DNA of 64,000 nucleotides, taken from Botryllus schlosseri (taxonomy: Eukaryota). Within the stretch, counting starts at the first letter, position 1. Each line of letters starts with the position of its first letter. Shown one piece after another: positions 40,779 to 51,959 of the stretch. Made by a program: the position numbers and the translations under genes. Under the pieces are notes generated by a model. That model was not told where the DNA came from, made no database searches, and saw nothing but the letters and a program-made list of their open reading frames with translations. The DNA lies in contig CM119378.1 in the NCBI GenBank assembly GCA_051294905.1, positions 4,218,001 through 4,282,000 of the forward strand, in the 5' to 3' direction.

Positions 40779-42714
40779 TTCTTTTATGTGGTTGTTTGAT
40801 TTTAATTTGTCATGCCTGAATTCTTTCTTCACATTGTGAAAGATTTGAGTAATTCTGTGTCCACATGCAAATACATTTTTATCCATCCCCGCCACCTCTC
40901 AGATTTCTCTGTAAAATCATGTAGGCCTACAATTAATGTATATATCTGGTTAGGAGTAGAAAAATCTGGGACAATTTCGTTGACCGAAATTGCAATCAAT
41001 CGAATCACTTGTGAAACCAAGTGATATGATCGTTATCAACAACAGTCATTTTTAAGAAATATTCTGTGGTGACAGATTAAAGATCAGTGTTGAAATGATG
41101 CGTGGAAGGGTATCTGGTCAGAACTGTAAAGCTAGTAAAAATGCACTATTTGGAACATATCTTTTCAACAAAGGGTATTCAAACATAGGCCTATGTATTG
41201 GCAATTCAGCAGCATTCATTTGACAGTGTCCCTATACATATCCGCTAGGCAGAGTCAGATATTAGTTCTGCATGGATTACTTTGAATGGAGATTTGACCT
41301 CTAACCCATAACAATAAAGGTCACAATTCAGGTCTCTCGAAAAACATATCAAAATCTCGAACTACAAAGTCGGCATAGCTATAATTTATAAAGCTAAAGG
41401 ATTTAAGCTGTATAGCGTCACAACATTGATACTGACTGTTGTTCATTGCAGATGCTACTTCCCACTTTTCTTTTGTTGAAGATTGTTAACATGCAACTGT
41501 AGTGTATTTATGCACTATAAACTTGTGTGCTCTTTGAACGTGGTGACTGTGGCTGTCTGTTTTCAAGTATTGTTGCAATCTTGCTTCGAACAAATGAAAT
41601 TTTGCAAGTGACCGAAAAATGTTTTTTCAAAATGTAATAACCCCTGAACGGATTGTTCGATTGTATTGTGACAAATTCCATTATACGCCAAATTTGATAC
41701 TTGATCTGAGTTTTAATTCTCAAATTAGTCCGTAGCCTATTTGGATCGAGGTATTTGCATTTTGACACGGAACTACCCATTTGTGTCTTGACCCAGGGCA
41801 ACTGGTCAGCCGTCATTCTTGACAATATTTGAGTACTAACTATCTAGCAACTGTAAGCTACATAATCAAATTTTTGTCAAGTACTATTGTTATCATATAC
41901 TTCTGTTTGTGAGCTTTTCCGGTTATGATTTACTATACTGTGTAACTTTTTAATGAATTTCCTGAATTGTAAACCTTTTGCCAGTGCATTGCCATTTTAG
42001 CGTTTTCTTTTTATTGTTTCGATAATAACCTGCTTTGTTGTAAATAATGATCAATGTGGCAAATTTTGATTCTGTTGCTTTTGTGAATTCTTGCCATCAT
42101 TCCGTTATGATTGAAATGAAGTTACTGTCTTGCAGCAGTCAACAGTGTTTAACCTTCCAAACCGAGTGGAATATATTCCAACAGACACTTCTGATTCTAA
42201 TAATATTTGACCCGATTATGATTGTCCAATTGTCCAAATGTACATTCATTGGACTTCTGGGGCTGGTTCACATTTAAACTATCAAATGATGTCTTATACC
42301 GTAATATATAACGGAATCTGGACTGTTATTTCATATATCCACACAGTTGGACTAATTTCTAGATGATCCATACTAAGTCATTCCATTGTTCTACATCTTT
42401 CTGTATCAGATGTAGGGCAGCTCTCAAAGACAGTAGTAAACTTGACACAGTAACGATTCAAATAATCATGACTCCTAATTAGATCAAGTGGTCGATCATA
42501 CAATGGTGTAATTGTATTGAACTACTAATGCTACTGTGGTGTCTGTGGTTATTGTGTTTTGTAGTCAACTACCTTCGATATTTGAGAAATTGTCACTTTA
42601 TTGATATAGGCAACAACTGTTGGTTACAAAGTGTCTGTCTGATGATCTCTACCTGATCTAATGTATTGTATTTTTCAATACCTTGCAGACAAACCGATAT
42701 CGATAAGCTTTTGA

Positions 42715-43587
42715 ATGGCCGGAAACTTTTGGCACAGCTCCCATTGTACGCAATGGATCTTGACGCAGCAGAATCTGACCTCTATGAGATCGGAAGACTT
42801 AAAAATACTGACCGAATTGGAGTATACCAAATTCATGATGTTTTACACAAATGTTATACAAGCTCTTGGCGAACACTTGAAGCTTCGTCAGCAGGTCATC
42901 GCTACCGCCACCGTGTACTTTAAACGATTTTACAGCCAATATCCGCTATCGAGCTGTGACCCGCTGTTGCTTGTGCCGACTTGCGTCTTCCTAGCGGCTA
43001 AAGTTGAAGAGACCGGTGTCGTGTCAAACTCGCGGCTTACGAACAGTATGGTCGCAGTAATCAAAGGGAAATTCGGACATGTTTTGGAAATGGATTACAG
43101 CTACCGAATTCATGACGTGTGGGAATGCGAATTCTTTTTATTGGAAGTTATGGATTGTTGCCTCATAGTGTATCACCCGTACAGGCCCTTGCTGCAGTAT
43201 GTCACGAGTATTGCCCAGGGCGATTCGAAACACATCGAGTCATTATTACCAGTTGCTTGGCGTATCGTTAACGATTCCTACAGAACAGACGTTTCTCTGC
43301 TGTATCCTCCGTTTCAAATTGCTCTCGCCTGTTTGCATATTGCGTGCGTTTCGCAAAATCAAACGGAATCGGCAAAGCAATGGTTTTCCGATCTGAACGT
43401 TGACATGGAGAAAATTATCGAAATCACAAAAATCATATTGCAGTTGTACGAGATGTGGAAAAGCTACGACGAAAAAAGCGAGATAGCCAAGATTTTGGAA
43501 AAAGTGCCAAAAGCCAATGTGAGATCGCCCGACTATAATAACGAGTCCAACCGTTTGGGTATCAAGTCTTCCTCTGGTAAAGGATGA
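42715..43587 (+). CDS. CCNC: Cyclin C (CDK8 module of Mediator), single coding exon, 290 aa
   Basis: MAGNFWHSSH start, LGEHLKLRQQVIATATVYFKRFY cyclin box, CEFFLLEVMDCCLIVYHPYRPLLQYV and AWRIVNDSYRTD match cyclin C. Confidence 0.97.
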   Translation: MAGNFWHSSHCTQWILTQQNLTSMRSEDLKILTELEYTKFMMFYTNVIQALGEHLKLRQQVIATATVYFKRFYSQYPLSSCDPLLLVPTCVFLAAKVEETGVVSNSRLTNSMVAVIKGKFGHVLEMDYSYRIHDVWECEFFLLEVMDCCLIVYHPYRPLLQYVTSIAQGDSKHIESLLPVAWRIVNDSYRTDVSLLYPPFQIALACLHIACVSQNQTESAKQWFSDLNVDMEKIIEITKIILQLYEMWKSYDEKSEIAKILEKVPKANVRSPDYNNESNRLGIKSSSGKG

Positions 43588-44959
43588 ACTCTTGAATTCC
43601 CTTATTACCTTTTGCATTCATTATTTTAATCCCATGCCTTGGTATTGCGTTTCTGTGTGTATAATTTGACATCGCAAGGCAAAAGAATATAGAGTGACAC
43701 AATGCTATAGGCTACTGTTTTACCAGTTACTTTTTTGTGTATCAACGCGAGAGGGTGTTGGCAAACTGATACAAAGCATGTTATGGGTCCTTGTTTCTAT
43801 GAATTAGCCTACATATAATGTGTATAGGCTGATGACTAATCCCTACCTACCTACATTACGATGCAATTGGAGATTCAATCTCATCAATTTTGTTGTCCAG
43901 ATGATGATCATTACACCAGGGCAATAAACCCACTTATCTGACGCTTCTTTCATGTTGTGATGTGTGTAGTTGCATTCAAACATTGTGGTGTAGGTTTGTT
44001 CAAAATTCTTTCCTGTATTGCTCAGTATAGTGGGTTGAAAGTGACTATAATACTTGGATTGCAAACTTGCACCTGATCTAACTTCGTTCCTGCTTGCTGC
44101 AAATTCCTTTATGATATAGCAGGTGCTCTTTTTCAAACTTTATATCTATTTCGCTTGATGTAATTTGGTCAGGGTAAACAAACCATAAATCGTACATGCT
44201 GCAATGCATTTCATGTAGCCACTAATTGTTGAAGAGATTCGTGTAATATGGCGATGGCATAGTATTGGCTCTTTGAATTGCAACGCTTTCTATCCCATCA
44301 ATGGAGGTGAATGAAAATAATTGGATGTCATGAACTATGTTATCAATCAGACCTGGTTTCAATTGAGGGCTTTAGGTGAAATTTTCTATTCAATACTGCT
44401 CCTTATGCTACAAAACAATCTCGATTTCATATCGCGTTTAGGTTTATCATTGAAAAGTCGTGTGAAATTGTCAATATACTTGTGTGAGCTCTGTACGTTC
44501 ATGTCATTTCCGACATTCAAGTGTTGGAATATATCGATTTGTTTTGATGCCGCAACAGGGGAATTCCGTAACGAATTTCTGTACAAAAATACAACTGAAC
44601 GTCTATATACTTTTGGCATTTGTGTGAGTTCGTATCATTCCCGACAGTTGAATGTTTGAATGTAGGCCTGTCGATTTGCTCTGATGTTGCAACAGTATAA
44701 TTCTATAGGCCTAGCGAATTTCTGTGCAAAAATGCAACTGAAGGTTTCTCATATTTGATCCATTGAAGCACGCATGTTAACTGAAATCATCTGTTGTGAT
44801 TGATTGCAACTATTTTTGCTTGTAATAGAATATCGGTAAAACGCACTTTGACTGATAAAATAAAATGTCAATACAATGTTTTGTCAGAATATCGCTGTAT
44901 TCTCAATGATAAGGTCTTACGTGAATCTGTTGCTGCACCACCACTGAGGACTCGACACC

Positions 44960-47900
44960 ATGCTGTCTAACGTATTTCTGAGAATACGAAGCAGACCTGG
45001 ACTAGAAAAACAATTTCGATGCATTGCCAGTATGTATAGGACCTCTCCGCGGCAGTCTTCCTTGAAGGAATCGAAGCTTAGAGGTTTTCCATTGCTGCCC
45101 ACGTGTGGATGTGGAATCCCCAATATTACTGTCTCGCATATATCCTCCACCAATGCGTTATTACGCACAGATAAAATGGTAGGAATGCGTTATGAAGACG
45201 GAACACTGATATATTTTGGCGCCAAGGCACCACTCGTTAAAGGTATGTTATCAACCACTGTAACAAATGTTTCTTCGCGAACGATCCGATAAATATTGCT
45301 GGGCACAATTATTGAAGTACTCAAATCTGGTACGAGTGTTAATAGTAATGATTTGAGTCGCGTAGTGAGTAATGAAACTACACACTCCAAGCAATTATCA
45401 ACGAGAATTATAGTTACGATAGCATTTTCCATTGTGGGATCCTTGGAACCTCGATTGGTCGTATCACAGTTATACAAAACATTCAGTACAAAGCTATGCA
45501 CTAGGACTGTTCAAAAATAACTTTTGTCACCGGATGCCAGGGATTCACTGATTAAATTGTTAGGTTGCCTAAAAAACGCTGCACACCAGATGTAACTCAA
45601 TTCCAATCAGTAGAAACCGACGCAGAGCCAATTGAAATTTTATATTATAAAAAATTTCAAATTTACTGGTAACCCCATATAATTGTTAAGTGGCCTAAAA
45701 GAATGATGTGTAGCAATTTTTGCTCACTTCCAACCGCTAGAAACGAAGTTATTGCTGTTGAAAGTTTTGGATTTGCAAAAACTGCATTGATGTGGAAAAT
45801 CCCAGAATTATGAATGAAAAACTCAAATAATTTTCAATTGGCTCTGCGAGTCTGCGTCGGTGTATACTGTTTGGAATTGAGCCAAATTTGGTGTGCAGCG
45901 TTGTGTTTGTATGTGACGTAGAGCTGGCTTTATATTCTATATAGTCGCGTAAAAGGTGCATATCCAAACTTTGCACATCATTCATACTGTTATGACGCCC
46001 AAATATGTGATACCCGACTCAAAGCTTACTACGTCATTCAGAATCGAGTCACCGAAGCACTCAATTTTGCCCAGCTGTTATCAATAAACAAGGAACTTCT
46101 TTGTTAAGGTATCCAATCAGTACTGTACGCCATGGGAGCTGTTGTTACTCTTTCATCGCCATACTTCCTGAGTATGATAGATCAAGGTTTCGCGGTATGT
46201 GACAATCGATGTCTGTGTGCATATGTTTATCAGATGGAAATGTCTTCAGAAATACATGTACATGTCTTGGGTCATTCTTTTTGGAATTGTGAATCCGTCT
46301 CTGTATTATAAATTCACAAAAAGATATGTAACGGAGCTCTATCACGACAAGGAAACCAATCGTTACACCGCTATCATTCCATCGCCATGGATTTTTGGTA
46401 GAAAAAAGTATGTGTCAATGTGCTAGGTTGTAGACTGGGGATTATCTTCTTGCATAAACTGCTTACAGAGTAGTGTTTACCGCTGAAGACTGCAGTATGC
46501 CGGATTCGCCGAATGTCTTCGCATCGTTTTTGGTCTACAAGAAACTAATGCTCGTCAGCTCGGATAACATGGATTACTCAGAGTATTCTAAAATGCTGAG
46601 GTTGGTGCGAATGCTCTTGTCAAATTGTATGGTGTCAGGAAGTTTTGTCTGCCTCAAAACATTTCGCTGCACTCATTGAGATGGTAATGCAATAAGTATT
46701 GTGACAGACAGAAGGGCTGTATCTCGAGACAAAAAGGGTTTCACAATCTTGAACAATCCAATTTCAGTATGTCTCAAGCTTGGCATGCTACAGTTTTAGT
46801 TGCAAATAGAAATGAAAGGATTGCCGTGAATTTCTACTCAATTATAAGTGTGGAAGTAGCAATTCTCAAGATATATCAAAACTACTTGAAGTGGAAGTAG
46901 AATATGAAGGGGTGAAATGTACCCAAGTATGTATTTTCAGAATGTAGATTTGCTCGGGGGCTCGCAAACCTTCAGCACAGGGGTCACCTATTCAAAACGG
47001 GTCGCGGTCCACTTTTCAAATTTCACAGAGGCCGCGGACCACATGAATTCAATGAAGTTAAAAATAGGACACACAGTTCAGCAATACAGTTTTGAAACTT
47101 TACATCAGTACAACACTGTGCTCTCTAACATTGGCGACGGGCATAGTACGACAAAAGAAAAAATATTGTACTCATACGTAAGAAACACCAATACCATAAA
47201 ATAATATCATGATCATCGCCTTCATTGTATTTTTACCTATGAGCTGCGCACGATACCTGACAACATTTTTCAGCGAGTAAAGAATCGATATTGGGATTAG
47301 CTAGACACGGTACTTGCTGGAAAACTACCTCCTCGTAAAGCTGGTTCTTGTGTGCGTCCGAAGTCATTTCCCAAGCGTCTCGGTCTTGGCATTGTCTGGG
47401 CCATTGAACGTTAAGGCAATAAATTATGCCCATCCATGTCAACTAATTCTGCCATCATGGAATACTACCATCTTCGCCGAAGCTGTATCAGTTAGTGAGG
47501 AATAGTGATGTTGGGCAACCGACAACAACAATACGTTTTAACTGCCATCAATCTCATCATTCAAAATGCTTACTAAATCTCAAATCAGGTTGCGGCCTGC
47601 AAAATATGACGCAGGGGGGCTATTTTAGGATTTGCAGGGTGAATCTTGTGACTAATGCAAAATCACCAATCCAGCTTCGTGATGGGTACATCGACCCCCG
47701 GCCAGGTCAGACCAAAGACCTGATTAGTAACCCTGGTATCCGACCATCACATCCTGCCGTGGCGTTCAGCATTACCGCGATAGCAGGGAGGGGTGATGCA
47801 AGACTTAGAAAGCCTTACAAGGGTATATCTGCACCTTCGTTGTCCAGCGGCATAACCACATCATGTATGGTATGCATATGCATAGCAGGTCGTGTATGTC

Positions 47901-48395
47901 ATGAGTCGGTCTATATGCCGCAAAAACATCAAGAGCATAAATATACACCTTAACAAATCGGTACATTGCGTTTCAAGTCCGTCACCAATGAGACTACAAC
48001 CAGGTTAAATTTTTTAAAAGTATATTTTGTCACTTTGATACAGGGGCTATTTCGCCCTGTCATTACTACAATTTACTCATACATAAATGTGACCAGAAAC
48101 CGATTCCAAAACTAATCTCAACTTCACGAAATCCAAATTGTAGAATGTAAATGGTTTTGCCGGAAGACTGTTGAGTACAAACTGAAGCAGTTTATAAAGA
48201 TAACCACTTGAGTAAATGGTGCACATGGTGCAATCTACTTGAGTACTTTGTAGAAGTACTTTGCTACTGATGACCACTTCTGCTCACCACAGGTATGCGT
48301 CTGGTTTTGATTACGAGAATCCCGATCGACAAGAACAATACGAGGAGACGCTACAAGATGCTATCCAGGAGATGGAAAAATCTAGAAAACAGTGA
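44960..48395 (+). CDS. TMEM70: Transmembrane protein 70 (mitochondrial ATP synthase assembly factor), 5 exons, 253 aa
   Basis: Exons 44960-45242, 46109-46194, 46250-46407, 46469-46600, 48293-48395 (762 nt, GT-AG, phases 1/0/2/2 consistent). It has an Arg/Ser-rich presequence, EDGTLIYFG, two TM segments, FTKRYVTELYHD and VFTAEDCSMPD..VFASF, all aligning by eye with TMEM70 motifs (EDGRLIYTG, TKGYVIRLYHE, VFHQNDVKIPD..VFTTF). Confidence 0.85.
47672..47942 (+). mobile_element. SINE tail type A copy in TMEM70 intron 4
   Basis: GGTCAGACCAAAGACCTGA core and TGCAAGACTTAGAAAGCC..TATATGCCGCAAAAACATCAAG tail match the element at 6145-6463. Confidence 0.7.
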
Positions 48396-49249
48396 TGAAT
48401 TCTCTCACGACGTAACAGAAGCTCAATTCTGCGTACTTGTGGGAACGGGTAATATTTTATTTAACATATTGAGTTGTTGCAAGTCAATTCTATGCAAATG
48501 CTTTCGCTGCACTCAGAGCCGCTGTCTATTGAAATAGTGAAGAGATGAATATGAGTAGAATCAATGATACTAATGCTGAATTTTACAAATGACACCAAAT
48601 TCTGCTGTAATGACTCGAGTCGCGATTTTCTAATGGCTCGACTTGGCTCTGAAGGTCATTTTGTGAAAATTGCGCATGACTCGGACCAAGTCTAATGACT
48701 CGAGACTAAGGCGGCCGTAATTTCATTGTAATTTCGAAGAATAGTGAAGTAACCACAGTATTGGTAATTCGTCTATTGGTAGCGGTACTTGAAAATTCGA
48801 CCAGGAACTGTTAAATGTGAGAAAAATTAATATATTATAAATGCAAACCGTTCGATATCACCAACAACAGCAAAAGTGGGTTAAACAAGACTTCAACTGG
48901 AAACTTAGCACTGTGAGCAGTCAACGCAATGACTTGGACTCGAGCCATATTACCATGACTCGGACTCAACCCTCTTTCCGGTGACTTGGACTCGCTGGTG
49001 AATTGATAATGACTCGACTTGACTAGAGTCAAAACTATAAAAACGAGATTGACTTGTGACTCGGAGCCTTGTGACTTGGTTACAACCCTGGTCACCTCAT
49101 TGAATAGGTTTCTAAATATTGGTATACGGCATACGCCTCCTAATTATTGAGTCCTAAGTCTTATGTCTATTGAAATTGCGTATTCTGCATTTGAATACTG
49201 CTGAAAATTATGGCCATAGACGATGTCAAAATGATGTTAGGCTATATAT

Positions 49250-50173
49250 TAGGGATAGTGTGAATGTGAGGTTCACACTCGTGTTCTGTGTGTGAGGTTC
49301 ACGTTCACAAACAAACCTTGGTAGGGTCTGCACTGTGAACCTTCTTCCGTATATTATAATTTTCACTTCATTATAACATCTTTGCTTGAAATTTATTGCA
49401 ATTTATAACGATAGCGCCGACAGCATTAAAAAAAACAATACTAAACGAGCATGCACCTTGACAATCTGAACAATTTTACTTGCTTTGTTACAAAAGTTTG
49501 CTCGAATATTTAGTGGCTCGCTGCTGTGAGCTTGACCTGCAATCATGCAACATCAAGAGGGAAATACACTACATGTAGGTAGTCAGCAAATGATGCTTGT
49601 TCAATGTTCAACCAATCAATGAAGTTGGGATTGTTGTCTGATGTAAAAATCTAGCAAGCTTACGGAGTCAATCTTCATTTCATATGGTTATTGTGTCATG
49701 AAAACCAAATCAGTGCGACTGGGGTGTTGGCTACTGCTGTATAACCTGTTAATGGGGTATTATCGGCAGCTAGTATAGAAACCCGTTTTACACTCTGCTC
49801 AATATCAACGTAGCAATAGGCCTACTCAGATGCCGAATACATTGTCCGATCTGGTCTAGACCGTTATGGTGAAGCTTATATTCCCTTGCAAGTCCTCGTC
49901 GAATTTGTTGGCAAAGCGACGGGAGATATTGATTTTATGGGATTATTAAATCATTTGATTGCCCCCAGTTGATACATTTGGCGACGTTTAAAACGTCAAT
50001 ATGTAGGCTACTTCAGCAATGTGGCCTTATGTGGCTCGAGTCATCGCTAGGTATCGTGTACATTAGTATAGGCTATCACTTCACAGACATGTAGGGTTGG
50101 AATCAGCAATATGACGTCATGAGGTTCACGTTCGCGTTCACACAGATCCTTTCAGAGGTTCACACCATCCCTA
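49250..50173. mobile_element. hAT MITE (GAGGTTCAC repeats)
   Basis: TIRs TAGGGATAGTGTGAA / TTCACACCATCCCTA with TSD CTATATAT/GTATATAT. Confidence 0.8.
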
Positions 50174-51870
50174 GTATATATATCGGTTCTGTGTTATCTG
50201 CACGTTAGTCACACAATAACAAAGGTATTCTAACTCCTTGTTGATTGTATATTGCCCGATTGTAACTTCCGACGTCACCTATACGCATTACCGTACTAAC
50301 TACCTCCTTTTTACATCACCTAGGTCAGGTGGGTGTCTGATTTCAAAGACTGTTCCAAGTCGTTTCGACACCTTCCTATCTTTTCATTGTATCGCAATCT
50401 TGTGGTGTATTGATCTGATGAAATTATTTAATAAACTGATACCCACGATACTGTGCTTATAATAATTTAGTTGTGAGATGGAAGTATTATGGCCTACATT
50501 AAACCATTAATTGGCATTTTGGAACCTGAATATGAAGCAGTTCGCTGTGATGTCATAGCTCAAAGACCTTTTTGTTGACAGATGATTATAAGCCGCACGA
50601 GCATATCTGGCCAAGTGTATCAACAAGTGACAACACACCCCTACCACAGAATAAAACTACTGTCTATACAAATCTGTCGACATTCCAATCAGACCAGAAG
50701 CCCAGTTTATGAATCAGGTCTGTGGAGTCGGGAGTTGTGTTAAATTTTGTCTTCGAGTCGCAGAAATTTTGTAACGCAATTTGGAAGAGTTAGGGAAACA
50801 CAGACTGAATTACGCGCCAAATTTTCGCAAATGTAACTGATATGTCTCGTTGCAGTTACAGTAGTTACGTTTTTCACGTAGGTGGACCTTCAGATATCTA
50901 ATTTTGTTTTGCGGGCATAATTTAGTAATAATAATAATTGATAAATGTAGTACTTTTATGATTAGGAATGTCAAAGTAGTGAGTTGTGGGAAGAAAATAT
51001 TTGAATCCATAGCTGGAGTCCGTGTGAAGTTTCAGGGATAAAGAGTTGGTGTCTTGAAAATATTTGTGGAATCGGAGTCAGTGGTAAAGTGAACCAACTC
51101 CACAACCCTGCTACAAATGACCCCTGTGAACTGTTTTTATCATTTGTCAGAATTCTTGAAAATTATGCCCTTTGTGGCGCATTCAACTGGGATTTGAATA
51201 CTGAAATTTCTACATCCAGACACTAATGGAATGAAGATCAGTGGAACCAACAGTGATGATAAATTAGCGTCAATGGCCATAGCGTAGAAACACCGGTGTG
51301 CCGAAATGTGCGAGAGTCTTTTGTAGAAGCTATTCATAATTGATACTTTGGATTTGATACATCTCAAATCCAAAATTACTTGGTTTGGAAATATTGAATA
51401 ATTATGATGAATCTCAATGCCAGTGAACAGGTGTCAATTTCCTTCTTATTCTGAATTTCAGCCACATCTGAGCGCCGCATTATATGTTGTCAAAGCAATG
51501 TTCAGTAGTGTCTGAATTATGGGTTATAATCCAGTGTGTGTCAATGTAAGATTTATAAACTTCTGATTTCAAATAATATTGAACTTAACATCTATCCCCA
51601 GAATCCGTGATGCCATGACACACAGGCCACTTGAAAACCTTATGCACTACATTTTATTTTACAGCTCGATGCCTTTTACAAGAGACAGATTGCAATGCAG
51701 CGCAATGTACCGCTTCTTCAGACATGGCCACACTTGCCTAGCATGTGGAGGGAATGATGGAAAAACATTAATTATCCTTTCTCAATAAAACTCAAAAAAT
51801 GCAGGGTGTCCATGTCCACGTCCGCTTTCCACGCTCAGACAGACTATAATACATACAGATTCGTGCATGG

Positions 51871-51876
51871 TTTATT
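51871..51876 (-). terminator. Probable TDRD3 polyadenylation signal
   Basis: AATAAA on the minus strand about 85 nt after the exon-2 stop codon. Confidence 0.55.
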
Positions 51877-51959
51877 GAATTCAAGATTTCAAATAGGCCT
51901 GCTCCGGTACGTAAATAGATTAGAGTTCATGTCAATCATCAAAAGGTGTATCTTTGAAG

